A stretch of DNA of 64,000 nt. Origin: Eledone cirrhosa. Its lineage: Eukaryota. Each line of letters starts with the position of its first letter. The first letter of the stretch is position 1. A program made the translations under genes and the position numbers. Below, piece after piece: positions 49,375 to 62,482 of the stretch. Location: the NCBI GenBank assembly GCA_964016885.1, contig OZ024740.1, forward strand, positions 293,756,001 through 293,820,000. The letters run 5' to 3'. The notes under the pieces were generated by a model, which ran no database searches, was not told the DNA's origin, and saw nothing but the letters and a program-made list of their open reading frames with translations.

Positions 49375-50255
49375 GGTGCTTATGGCTGGCTGTCCATAGG
49401 AACTTCCCTATACTGATGACCTGGCTCTTATAGCTCAATATGGGGAAGAGCTTCAGAAAAGTTCCTGTTGTGGAAAACTAGAATCAAAAGGACTCACAAT
49501 AAACTTAAAGACCAAAGTTTTAGTAAGTAGGAAAGAAGACAGGACTCTGGTTCCAACAGGGAAGTGGCCATACTGAATATGTAGACAAGGAGTATATCGG
49601 AACTCTATACAATGTACACAATATAAAACTTTGGTATAAAATTGTGTAGAGGGATTGTAGGAAACTTAATAAAATATGTAGGCTATATATGTGGCAGATG
49701 TACAGGAACAGTTTGTAGTAAGGGTCATGGCAGATGTACAGGAACAGTTTGTAGTAAGGGTCATGGGAAATATATATTTTCCCATCTCAGGAAGGTACGA
49801 TATATGTAGTTAGTTTCTATTAATTGAGAGATTTATTTAGCAGTAGAGGGAGTTTCTCTAAGAGCATATTAGCTAAAATAAGAAGAGGCTAGAAAAAGTT
49901 CATGGAGATATACTTCTGTTTATAATAAAGGTCTTTTCTCTACAAGTTAAGGGTAGATTATATAATGCCTGCATGAGAAGTGTAATGTTGTATGGATGGT
50001 AATTGTAGAGGACATAGGGAGACTAGAGAGAAATGAAGCAAGCATGCTCCATTGGTTGTGCAATTTTAGTTTGCATGAACAACAGATCATGGATGAAAAA
50101 ATAACAAGGCTGGGTTATAAGAGTAATAAGATGTAGTGTGCTGGTTTGGTCATGTGATACATAAGGATTAGGAACACTAGGTGAAGATGTACCAGGTGAT
50201 GTCAGTGGAAGGACTGAGAAAGACCTAGGCAAAGATAGAGCAGATCTCAAAAGGC
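49375..50255 (+). mobile_element. Decayed PHD-RTE family RT/C-terminal fragment
   Basis: ggctgtccataggaactt..gatgacctg, gggaagtggcca and gagagaaatgaagcaagcatgctc blocks. Confidence 0.7.
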
Positions 50256-50314
50256 TGAGCCAGTTTTATTCCAGGCCTTAAGCTATTATAATTATTCATA
50301 GAATTTCTAGTTAC

Positions 50315-50379
50315 CTTGATAACACACTCTAGATAGACCAATTTCTTAAGTTGTTGCTGTATGTGTCCTTCAGTTGCAT
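50315..50379 (-). CDS. CYP4: CYP4 exon (65 nt): J/K helices
   Basis: gacag|(D)ATEGHIQQQLKKLVYLECVIK|gtaact; phases fit both neighbouring exons. Confidence 0.88.
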
Positions 50380-50539
50380 CTGTCATAAAATAATAGAACA
50401 ATCATATATTCACAAACAATGGATAATTTACAAGAACATAATATCTAATATTTAGATGTTTTAAATGTTTTAGTGATTAGATCCCATTAGATGATCCCAT
50501 TAGGGCATTGCCTTCAAGGGATTTTGTCAATTAGATCGA

Positions 50540-51600
50540 CCTCAGTACTTTGTCTGGTACACATTTTATCAACATATTGAGGGAATATAGGAAAAGGAAA
50601 GTTACTTCCATAGAACAGACTACTGCAAGATTGTCGATCCTAAAATATATAATAAAATTACTTGAATAACGCAAACATCTTAAAGAAGAGTCTAATAAAA
50701 AAACAAGGTGGTCATTTATGTAACACTTGTAGATACAGGACTGCTTTATCAAAGCTGGCTTGGAACTAAACAACAACGAAAAGAGTTTCTTTTTATAGAT
50801 TTTATGTCTAAAGCAAACAAGGATGTCTTTGTTTGATCTGCTACAAATAGCAACATCATCTGCTTCAAATCACATGTTACTGACTTAAAAACAGGACATA
50901 TTGCATAACACAAGTTTAGATTCTCTATATTTGAACATAAAATTGGGCCAGTCATGATTGAAATAGTTATTGATGATTGTTCCAGTCAACACATGCTTAA
51001 CTAATTTGCTAATCCAGCCTTGGTAAACTATGCATGTAGGGAAAAATTACATTAAGCTTCCAGTAACTGAGTTTCTGTCTGTAAATTCTATCTAAGTCAA
51101 TCATATAGATCACAAATATGTGGTTTGTGTAGCTGACCACTTTAAATAGTGGACAAACTAAGCTATCCCTTTCTACTGGCCTACAGAATACCATGTTTAA
51201 ATATATATTATCTGGCTAGCCTGATGAGTTTTGTACATGGCCTCATTAGCACATTGAGGAAATCAAGTCAATACTTACCTGAGAGTTGGAAACATTTAAG
51301 TAGCCTTGTAAGGCTTTTGTACACTCCAGTGTATAGACAAGATAGTGTTCTAATCCCTCAATAACACTAAGAAGTCTCAAGAAATCTAAACACACTGCCC
51401 TTTTGGGGGCATAGACAGCTACTATACAAAAGGCATTGCCTTCACTGGTGGTCATATCCAGAATCAGTGACTTACCTTCTGTGTCCAGGAAGATGGTCTG
51501 TATTGCAAGATCCAGACATTTCAAAAATAACACAGTGATTCTACTTGGAGATGTGCACAACTCATAGCCATCATTGATTGACACAAATTCTGGCTTCACT
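50540..51600 (-). mobile_element. Highly decayed L1/Tx1-like endonuclease fragment
   Basis: IVAVYAP and YWKLN motifs in short ORFs. Confidence 0.55.
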
Positions 51601-51832
51601 CATTGACACCACAATTATAGTTAGTGACCTAAGGTCATTGAACAAGTGACCTTGCTTCCAAGGAAACCATTTCTTTCTCTTTCCCTATTCTGAATAAAGC
51701 AATGTTGTATAAAGAGTAAAAAAGTGAAATAATTAGTACCATGTGATGTGTACACATTTCTTCCGGTAAATAATGTATTGTTATGGTACCTACTATGTAG
51801 ATAGCTTATTGTCCTTTGTAACATGTCCTTGG

Positions 51833-51934
51833 TAATGACCTAGTAAGTCAGTATATTGTACTAGGTCCTAGTTAATGACCCAGTAATTCAGTATATTGTA
51901 CCAGGTCCTAATTAATGACCCAGTAAATCAGTAT
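51833..51934. repeat. 40-bp tandem repeat, ~2.5 copies
   Basis: taatgacc at 51833, 51873 and 51913. Confidence 0.85.
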
Positions 51935-51981
51935 GAAATCAACAAATCAAGAGACAACAACAAAGATAAGTTAGAACTCAC

Positions 51982-52084
51982 CATAACAATCATCAATTTC
52001 TTTATGTAGTTTCTTTTGTACATTAGGATAAGCTGCTATGAAATACAATGTCCAAATAATTCCCACTGCTGTTGTGTCATGACC
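51982..52084 (-). CDS. CYP4: CYP4 exon (103 nt): I-helix GHDTT
   Basis: actag|GHDTTAVGIIWTLYFIAAYPNVQKKLHKEIDDCY|gtgagt. Confidence 0.92.
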
Positions 52085-52810
52085 CTAGTAAAACAATATA
52101 AGTCTTTCATTTTACTGGACATTGGACAATTAGATAAGTTTAAATATATAATGAGGTTGCAATGGATAAAAATGTAAATAGAATTCAGTAGAAATTGAAG
52201 TTAGAAAACATTGAAGTTAGAAATTGAAGTTAGAATACCCAGCCTGGCTGAGTAATCAGACAATAAAAAATACAATAGATTTATATATAGATATATTACA
52301 GCAGAGTAAATATTTGAATTATCAAATGTAGACAGTACAATAAAACAGATATTAAACATGTTGAATGTAGATAGTGTGGTATTGATCATTTGTTTTTAGG
52401 TTAAAAAGCCTAAATTTAGGAAGATAGGAAGATTATATTACCAAAGGTGTGGCCTTGTTTGATATCTTAAAAAAGGTAGGATAGACATTTTATAAGATGT
52501 ACAGTGTAATCTATATATACACAAGAGACTTAGTTGGATTACAGGCATGTTAAAGGAGAAGATAGACTTTGTATATGGTAGAGCACATATAAAATAGATT
52601 GCCTCAATTGCCTAATAGACACCAAAAATTTGTTGACAATTGTTTTAACTTAGGTGACCTAATCAACGATGGGGGTAGATACTATGAAATTGTGATAGTG
52701 AGAATAAGAAGTTTAGGGAGCTAGTACTTCTGTTGCAACAAATTATACACACACACATAAATATATATATATATATATATATGTATCTTATTTCCCATAT
52801 ATATATATAT

Positions 52811-53120
52811 CATCATCATCATTTCATTTTACGTCTGCTTTTCCCTGCTTGCAAGGGTGGGACGGGAACTAATTCTGGCCTGATTTCTACAGCTGGATGC
52901 CCTTCCTAACACCAACCTCATTTACAGTGAGTGGTGGGTGCTTTTTTTCCCATGGCACCTCCACAAACACTTTGCAGTGGAATGAGGTCCCTATCATCTC
53001 ATTTCTACAGCTGAGTAAACTGGAGCAATGTGAAATAAAGTATCTTACTCAAGGAAACAACACATCACCCGGTCTGAGAATTGAACTCACAGCCTTTCGA
53101 TTGCAAGGCCAATGTGCCTC
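52811..53120 (-). mobile_element. CORE-like SINE (28140 family)
   Basis: Reverse complement of 28140-28500. Confidence 0.75.
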
Positions 53121-53146
53121 CATATATATATATTACACATGAAGGC

Positions 53147-53550
53147 GAACTAGCCAGTTTTAGAATTCCCTTTTTCGGATTATATTACTGTGAGAGCCCT
53201 GGTTTTCTGTTGAGCTCTGCTGATGATTGAAATTCCAACCGTGACCATCTCCACTAAAAGTTTTCATGAAATAGTCTTTTAAGACTATACAGAGCATTTG
53301 ATGTTATTCCAAATTGAAGGATAAGTGTTTCAAACTTTATTTTATCATGAGTTAAAGGTCTATAGATTTTTCCCTGGATTTTACTAAATTCTGTGGTTGA
53401 ATTTATATCCTGATTCTCTTTTGAGATGAGTTTGAGTTATTTTTCCTAAATCTTTCGTTAACTACTTTTCCCATCTTGACGTTATAGTCGCATATATGTT
53501 ATAGAATGCCGTTAGCTTCTTGCTAAAACAATCTCTATACCTCTCATTTA
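53147..53550. repeat. Unclassified ~400-bp dispersed repeat, copy 2
   Basis: Direct copy of 8879-9281. Confidence 0.8.
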
Positions 53551-53559
53551 TATATACAC

Positions 53560-53617
<58 letters not shown>

Positions 53618-53699
53618 ATAATAATAAAATTGAAGACTAAAATCCAAAGAGGGCTCGATAAGGAAAATATATATCAAATATATAAGAACCGTAGAGCAA

Positions 53700-54178
53700 A
53701 TATTTATTAAAATAACAGATTAAAGTTTAAGCAAAGAATCGCTGCTTTCACCCTTAACGGGATCTTCTGAAACTAACAATGCTATACCATTTACGTGGTT
53801 TTGTCTTTGCGTGCTATTGTTCTCCACGCTCCACATATGACTTATTATCTTCGTTTTTTCGTTCATTGCCAGAGAACGTCTCTATGCACCACCTAAGAGA
53901 ACATTAGTCTACGACCTCTTTTATACCATAAACGTGGTTCTGTCTTTGCGCGTAATTGTTTTTCACCGCTCCTATTAATGACGTCTTATTCGTTTTTTCC
54001 CGTTCTTTGCCAGCGAACATTACCACGAACCAAAGTATCGTCTTCCTGTCTTCCTCCGGTTGCAACGTTTTTTGAAATATCCAGTTCTGCGTTTACAGAT
54101 TGACTTTGTTAGTTTCAGAAGATCCCGTTAAGGGTGAAAGCAGCGATTCTTTGCTTAAACTTTAATCTGTTATTTTAA

Positions 54179-54185
<7 letters not shown>
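53700..54185. repeat. Inverted-repeat element, perfect 80-bp arms
   Basis: 53700-53779 is the reverse complement of 54106-54185. The spacer contains a diverged internal direct repeat. Confidence 0.85.
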
Positions 54186-54211
<26 letters not shown>

Positions 54212-54317
54212 ATAAATCTACCAAGAGAAACGATCGTTAAATAATGAACTTTTTTTGTTTAATATAAGGAATTGTTTATTCATTATTTCTTTAATATTTT
54301 ATATATATATATATATA

Positions 54318-54848
54318 TATAAATTAATATTTGATGAACATTTACATGTTATAGTTGCAATTGACTAATAAGATCGCTAGAGTGAAACATCTTAATTCAA
54401 CAACATAAGGTCTGCCTGTACGATCTAGAAAATAATAAATCAATACTCACAGACTCATATGGGCAAAAAGCCTTGGTACCTAGACACGTTTAAAATTCAA
54501 AATACAAACTTGTTCCGCAGATCGGTCAGAACTTCAAACTTCAAACATGTTTCACAAAGGATGGTATAATAGTAAAATAATTAACTAATTAGCAGTGAGT
54601 TAATCAACTTTTTCTGTGTTTATCAATAGGTACCCAGATAAAAATAAAATAACTCTACCTCAGAAAAATATCTAAGGTCTGGTTAGCGTAGCGAAAATAC
54701 ACGAGGTTTTGCACACGGCTTATTGATTTATTATTTTCTAGATCGTACAGGCAGACCTTATGTTGTTGAATTAAGATTTTTCACTCTAGCGATCTTATTA
54801 GTCAATTGCAACTATAACATGTAAATGTTCATCAAATATTAATTTATA
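54318..54848. repeat. Inverted-repeat element, 128-bp arms with one mismatch
   Basis: 54318-54445 is the reverse complement of 54721-54848. Confidence 0.85.
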
Positions 54849-54958
54849 CTGCTCAGAAGCGATTCCTAGAGCTGAAATGATTGTAAATGACCTCTTTGAG
54901 TCTAAACTCTAAGCTATTTATATATATATATATATATATAAGATCAAAACTCATCTCC

Positions 54959-55051
<93 letters not shown>

Positions 55052-55052
<1 letters not shown>

Positions 55053-58000
55053 ATAACAACAAATTCACCTCATGCTGCCGGACGAAAGGGCAAGGACTCC
55101 TCCTCTTTGTTTCAGCCGCGGATGGCCAACATAACCCCAACCCCATCCTCCTCACCCCTCCCTGCGCCCCACCCACCAAACGCAATCCAAAACTTCAGAG
55201 TTGGTACCATGAATGTAGGCACCTTAAAAGGCCGCTCTAACGAGGTTGTAGAAATGCTTGAACGTAAGGAGGTTGATGTTTGCTGTATCCAAGAGACCAG
55301 GTGGAGGGGGGGGGGGTCTGCTAGATTCATTGTGGGTAAAAAAACGATGCTATAAGCTGTTCTGAGTGGGAAATGACAATGGGCTGGGTGGGGTAGGAAT
55401 CATGTTAGCAGAAAAATGGGTGGATAAGATAATAGACGTAAATAGAGTGAATGACAGAATAATTAAAATAAGACTTGTTCTAAATAGAACTACTGTGACA
55501 GTAATATCTGCGTACGCATCCCAATCCGGACTGCCTGGCGCTATAAAAGACAGATTCTATGAGACACTGATGCTCACTACCTCCCAAATAACCGACAGTG
55601 ACTATATAATTATTGCTGGCGACCTAAATGGTCACGTTGGACAACATTGTGACGGCTATGACGGAATCCACGGAGGCTATGGGTTTGGTACTAGAAATGA
55701 GGAAGGCTCCAGAATCCTGGAATTCTGTGACGCAAATAACCTAACTATCTGTAACACTAACTTCAAAGAACGAGACAATCACTTGATCACCTACAGATCA
55801 GGGGAACATACCAGCCAGGTAGATTATATCCTTACCAGAAGACGTGACAGAGTGTCTGTTGTAAACACTAAATCCCTCCTCCATGAAGAATGCACCTCCC
55901 AACATAGACTGATAATTAGCGACCTCATAGTCAGGACGGACTATCCCCAGGAGAAAAATATGGAAGTTAAAGGACCCCACGGCCAGTAATAAATTTCAAA
56001 GCATATTACTTGATGCTTTCGAGAGTAAGGAAGAGCATTTAGAGTCGTACAATATAGAGGAATAGTGGGAATTCCTGAAAGCAAACCTGCTGATGGCAGC
56101 AGACGAAGTTTGTGGCTGGAGCAGGCCTATAGGCAGGAGGAGAGTAACGTAGTGGTGGAACAGTAAGGTGGAGGGATCAATTAAGGCCAAAAAGCAGGCT
56201 TGGAAAGTATGGCGGGATGGGGGAAGTAGAGAAGACTATCAAGTGGCCAGGAGGGAAGCTAGGAGACAAGTGTACTTCGCAAGAGGGAAAGCAGAGGAAA
56301 GAAAGTTCAAGCATGTTCTACAACGCGAGGACCAAAAACGTGAGGTGTTCAGGATTGCTAGGCAATGTGTCAAGGAAAACCGTGATATTGTCGGGGAGAA
56401 GTGTGTCCTTAATGATGATGGTGTACTTGCCATCACTGACGCTGATAAGAAGGTAGCTTGGAAGTGTCACTACGAAAGGCTACTAAATGAGGAGAATAAA
56501 TGGGAGAAAGACAGTCTCCCCCATATCGATCCAATAGAGGGACCAGCAGTGTTAGTCGAAGGTAGTATAATAAGTACGGCAATCAAAGATATGAAGACGG
56601 GTAAGGCGGCTGGGCCTTCGGAAATAGTTGCTGAAATGCTGAAAGCTTCTGGAACGGTGGGACACACCATGGGCACCCGGATAGTAAACCAAGTCATACA
56701 GAATGGGGTTGTTCCGAAGGACTGGCGTAGCAGCATCATCATTAACTGCTACAAGGGTAAAGGAGACGCCCTAGATAGGAGTAACTATAGAGGCATTAAA
56801 TTAATCGACCAGGTCATGAAGGTCACAGAAAAAGTAATAGCGCAACTAATCAGAGAGAGAATTGATCTAGATGAAATGCAGTTCGGGTTTGTGTCAGGTA
56901 AAAGTACCACAGACGCTCTTTTCATTGTACGACAACTACAGGAGAAGTACCTAGCTAAAAGTAAACCGATACTTAGCTTTTGTCGACTTGGAGAAAGCCT
57001 TCGACAGAGACCCCCGTTTCATTATCTGGTGGGCTCTTAGAAAACTAGGTGTTGATGAATGGCTTGTGAGAGCTATACAAGCCATGTAAAAAGAAACTGT
57101 CAGCAAGGTTAGAATTAACAATGAATATAGTGAAGAGTTTAGCGTAAAAGTTGGTGTTCATCAGGGCTCTGTTCTTAGCCCCCTACTATTTATTATTGCC
57201 CTTCAGGCTATAACAGAGGAGTTCAAGACCGGCTGCCCATGGGAACTCCTATACGCAGATGACCTAACACTAATAACTGAATCAATGGCCGAACTAGAGA
57301 AGAAATTCCAAACATGGAAGCATGGCCTAGAATCAAAAGGCCTTAAAATTAACCTGTCTAAGACTAAAGTTCTAGTTTGTAGGAAGGAAAATAGGGCACC
57401 GGTCCCATCCGGGAAATGGCCATGCTCAGTGTGTAGGAAAGGTGTAGGTAGAAACTCCATTTTATGTCCCAAATGCAAAGTATGGGTGCATAAAAGATGT
57501 AGTGGGATCACAGGTAAGCTAACTAAGAACATAGATTTTATATGTGGCCGGTGCTCAGGTGCAATAAGTAGCAGTAAGTGCCCACAAAAATACTAACTCA
57601 TTCCATTGCACAGATGGTTCTATAGAAATAGTGGACACGTTCCCTTACTTGGGTGACAAAATCAGCAATGGTGGAGGGTGCTCTGAAAGTACAGTAGCTA
57701 GAGTCAGAACTGGATAGAAAAAGTTCAGAGAGCTTATACCACTATTAGCCGCCAAAGGGTTCTCTCTAAAAATGAAAGGCAGGCTGTATGATGCCTGCAT
57801 ACGAACAGCAATGTTACATGGCAGTGAGACCTGGGCATTGTGTGCAGAGGATATACGCAGACTGGAGAGGAATGAAGCTTGCATGCTCCGCTGGATGTGT
57901 AATAGTAATATACGTGAACGGCAAAGCATAAACGAACTAAGGGAAAAATTAGAAATAAGAGGGATCAGATGTTGTTTACTCGAGAGAAGACTACGTTGGT

Positions 58001-58592
58001 ATGGTCACGTGATGCGCATGAAAGACGACAGCTGTATAAAAAAGTGCAGGGCAATAAAAATAGACGGTAGCCACGGAGTAGGCAGACCCAGAAAAACCTG
58101 GGACGACTTGATAAATTCCGACCTCACACACTTACATCTCTCCAAGACAATGTCACTGGACCGAGATCTTTGGCGCTACACAGTAATACAGAAGACCCCC
58201 CTTACCTAAGTACAAAGTGAAACCTACTACAGTCAGTAGGCACCTCTAACAAAATACACCCCGTCCCACTACCCCCACCCCATCCACACCACCCCTTTCA
58301 ATGTAAAGTTATGTTGCTACCACAACATCCAGTCCGAAACAAATGAGTTCGTGTAGGTGTCACGACAAAAAAACACACAGTCCACGCTGTAATGTGGTCG
58401 TGTAGGTAACACGATAAAAACATCCCAGTCCACACTGTAAACGTGGTTGGTGTTAGGAAGGGCATCCAGCCGTAGAAAACCTGCCAGATAGTCCTACACG
58501 AGCAAGACAACCACTCTTGCCTCAAGTAGGAAAACTCCCGTCCAAACCCATGCAAGCGTGGAAGATGGACGTTAAACGATGATGATGATGAT
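55052..58592 (+). mobile_element. Near full-length RTE-clade LINE (APE, RT, PHD-like finger, long 3' UTR, (GAT)n tail); stops and frameshifts
   Basis: GTMNVGTL, IQETRW, AGDLNGHVG, NYRGIKL, QFGF, YADD (57250-57262), LHGSETW. Confidence 0.92.
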
Positions 58593-58603
58593 ATATATAT
58601 ATA

Positions 58604-59047
<444 letters not shown>

Positions 59048-59125
59048 TAAGTTAATTATTATAAATTTCTTATTTTACGTCTTTCATATATATATACATA
59101 TATATATATACATACACATATATAT

Positions 59126-59156
<31 letters not shown>

Positions 59157-59159
59157 TAT

Positions 59160-59207
<48 letters not shown>

Positions 59208-59934
59208 TGTGTATATATATGTGTGTATATGTGTATATATGTATGTATATATATATATATACACTGCGGTTATGGGATGCGGTTCTTATTCGGGTACAAC
59301 TTCTGATTTAACCTAAGAAAATATCTATATGCCTGTGTAATTTATACACGCATATATTTATTTTTTTATTTTCAATTGAGTTCTTAACACGTTGGATTGA
59401 TAATGTTTTCGAAAAAACTAATTAACCCGCGTGTATATTATTATTTTTTTCCTTTCGTGGATCGTAGTTATCTCCCCTTCCCGCTCCGTGTCGCTATGAT
59501 ACTTCCTCAGTCAAAAACTGCTGGAATTTCAAATTTGGCGGTCATTCGAGGCGAGAAAGAGCAACTTAACAGACACGATTTTTGACTGCGGTAAGAATTA
59601 CTTTCTTATATCAAAGTTTAACGGGCTTCTACTGATGATTTATAAGCGCCCACCTAAATATACTCTTACATGAATATATATTAGGCTTCTACATAAACTG
59701 GAAATATTCTCCCAACTTGTAGAAAACTTATAATGAAACAATTGTTTGGAAAGAGAGATATATTTTAACTTTAATTATATCTCATAAAATAATACAACTG
59801 GTTTTTCCACATTATACATATTGTTAGCACCCCTAACACTTAAATTGGGTTTGTATTTAAATATAACCTAATGTTTGTTGAGTGAGATGGTTACCAGTCA
59901 GAGTTTAGCTTTAAACTATCTCTGTTATTGTATT

Positions 59935-60009
<75 letters not shown>

Positions 60010-60079
60010 TGTTTTCCAGTTCCCTTAGATTTTTCTAGAGAAAAACCAAAAAATGTATACCTCATGCTTCTACTCTTTT

Positions 60080-60935
60080 CCCGCCCCCTATCACACTTTA
60101 GGCTATAACAGAGGAGTTTAAAATGGGCTGCCCATGGGAACTTTTTTATGCAGATGAGTTGGTCCTTATAGCTGAAACCAAAATCTGAACTAGAAAATAA
60201 ATTCTGATTACGGAAACTGAATTTTGAATCAAAATGTCTGAGAGTAAACTTAGCCAAAACTAAAGTGCTAGTAAATAGGAAGAGAGATAGGAGCCTGATT
60301 CCTTCAGGGAAGTGGTCCTGATCAATATGTAGAAAAGGAGTAGGCATCAACTCTATATGACATATACAAATGTAAATCCTTGATACACAGAAGATGTAGT
60401 AGGATAATGAGTAGACTAACAGGAAGGGAGAACTTTGCTTGTAGAAGATGCACAGTAGAAATCGAGACAAAGAGTGCCAATGACATAAAGCTTTTCCAGT
60501 CAGAGGAAGGATCCATTGATGTGGTTGATAGCTTCTGCTATCTAGGTGACCTAATTAGCAGTGGAGGAGGGTGTGCTGAGAGTATAATAGTTAGAATAAT
60601 GATAGGATGGAAGACGTTTAGAGAACTACTCCCCTGCTGACAACAAAATGTTTCTTCCTATGTACAAAAGGAAGGCTGTATGCAGTGCGTGATGCTGTAT
60701 GGTAGTGTAACACAGACTGTTACTGTTGAGTGAAGAAGTGTCAGGAGATCCCAGAGGTGGACAACCAAGAGAGATCTGGCCAGGGGTTGTGAGAGCTGAC
60801 CTCAAATCGCTAAGACTGGCAGAGGAGATGAAGAAGGAATAAGGCAAGTGGAGGGATACCATGCTAATAATAAGGACCCATGCAAGCATGGAAAAGCAGA
60901 CATAAAAACGACGATGATGATGATGATGATGATGA
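60080..60935 (+). mobile_element. Old PHD-RTE family 3' fragment with short 3' UTR
   Basis: GCPWEL.YADEL, CRRC, SFCYLGDLISSGGG; ends acccatgcaagcatggaaaa..(gat)n. Confidence 0.75.
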
Positions 60936-60944
60936 ATATATATA

Positions 60945-62198
60945 CGAGGGGGGATCAAAAAGTTCGTGGAATTTTATCGTAGTAAGAAAAAAATAGGTTA
61001 AAGCAATATTAAACATGTCAGAACATTGTCACTGGGTGTTTACCTTGCTATTAGTCACTTGCAGTCAGTTATGCGTGGACTATTTTACAGTACTGACACT
61101 CTTTAAAAAACCTCTTCTTGGAACAATGGAAAATAGTTATTTTGAGATAAGATCGAATATCAAGTTTCTGGTCAAACTCAAATGGAAAGGGACACAGATT
61201 ATGGAGGCTTTAGTTAAAGTTTACGGTACTACTGCTGTCTACAAGTGAATTCAGCGATTCAAACAAGGGAGAGACGACCACCGCAGTGGAAGACTAGGAA
61301 CATAAAAAAATGACCAAAACGTTGAGGCTGCTCAGACTTTAATTGAAGAAGATCGAAGAATAACAGTTAATCAGTTAGCTAAGTCCCTAGGCATTTCATA
61401 TGGTTCGGCAAATTCAATTCTGCACGATAATTTGGGACTAAGCAAGCTTTCAGCGCGATGGGTCCCAAAAGCGTTTCCCCCTGATCAGCTGATTCTTCGA
61501 AGTGATCTGTCTTTGGCGATATTAAACAAAATTAAAGTTGATGAAGAGCATTTCCTGACCAGAATCATCACCGGAGATGAAACCTGGATCTACCAGTATG
61601 ATCCTGAATCCAAACAGCAGTCAAAACAGTGGCTTCCACGTGGATCATTGGGGCCAATCAAGTTCAAATCTCAAAAGTCGGATTCAGATGGGGTGATACT
61701 AATAGATTATCTTGAAGGTCAAAGAACTGTGACAGGAGCTTACTATGCAAATGTTTTAAGGAAGCTGAAAGAGGCGTTAGTGAAGAAACGAAAAGGGAAA
61801 CATCATGGTGGGATCTTGTTTGATCGTGACAATGCACCAGCGAATTCTGCGCGGGTTGCAAAAGAAGTTCTTCGAGAATTTCGATGGGAAGTGCTTCCTC
61901 TCCCGCCTTATAGTCCAGATTTAGCCCCATCAGACTTTTTCCTCTTTCCCAAACTCAAAGAAATGCTAAAAGGAACCCGTTTTAGTGGTGTTGAAGAAGC
62001 TAAAAACACTGCCAACACATGGCTTCGAATAAGGCCTTCAACTTTCTTTAGAGACGGCTTACGAAGCTGGAAGCATCGCCTTGTGAACTGTATTGATCTG
62101 GATGGCAGCTATGGAGAAAAATAAATTGAAGGTAAATCATATTTTTTGAAAAATAGAATATTTTCTGAAAGATTCTGCGAACATTTTGATCCCCCCTC

Positions 62199-62199
<1 letters not shown>
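60945..62199 (+). mobile_element. Mariner DNA transposon with decayed D,D34D-type transposase
   Basis: TIRs cgagggggg-atcaaaa..ttcg / cgaacattttgatcccccctcg in TA. WVPK, ITGDETW, DNA and YSPDLAPSDF motifs; stops upstream of 61432. Confidence 0.92.
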
Positions 62200-62236
<37 letters not shown>

Positions 62237-62300
62237 TCACGTATATATCTATGATAAATTTACTGTTTTGTTCCTGGATCCCTATTTAATATTTCATAAT

Positions 62301-62482
62301 TGTTTCTACTTTAGGCACAAGGCCAGCAATTACCCAGTGCATTACTGGGACTTTATTTTATCTACCCGCAAGGATGAAAGGCAAAGTCAACCTCGGCGGG
62401 ATTTGAACTCAGATCGTAAAGGGACATAACTATGCTGGAAAGCATGGCGTCCGACCCTCTACCAATACTGCCAATCCACCGC
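62301..62482 (-). mobile_element. tRNA-derived SINE (2135 family) with 20-bp TSD
   Basis: TSD cctatttaatatttcataat at 62281-62300 and 62483-62502. Confidence 0.88.
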
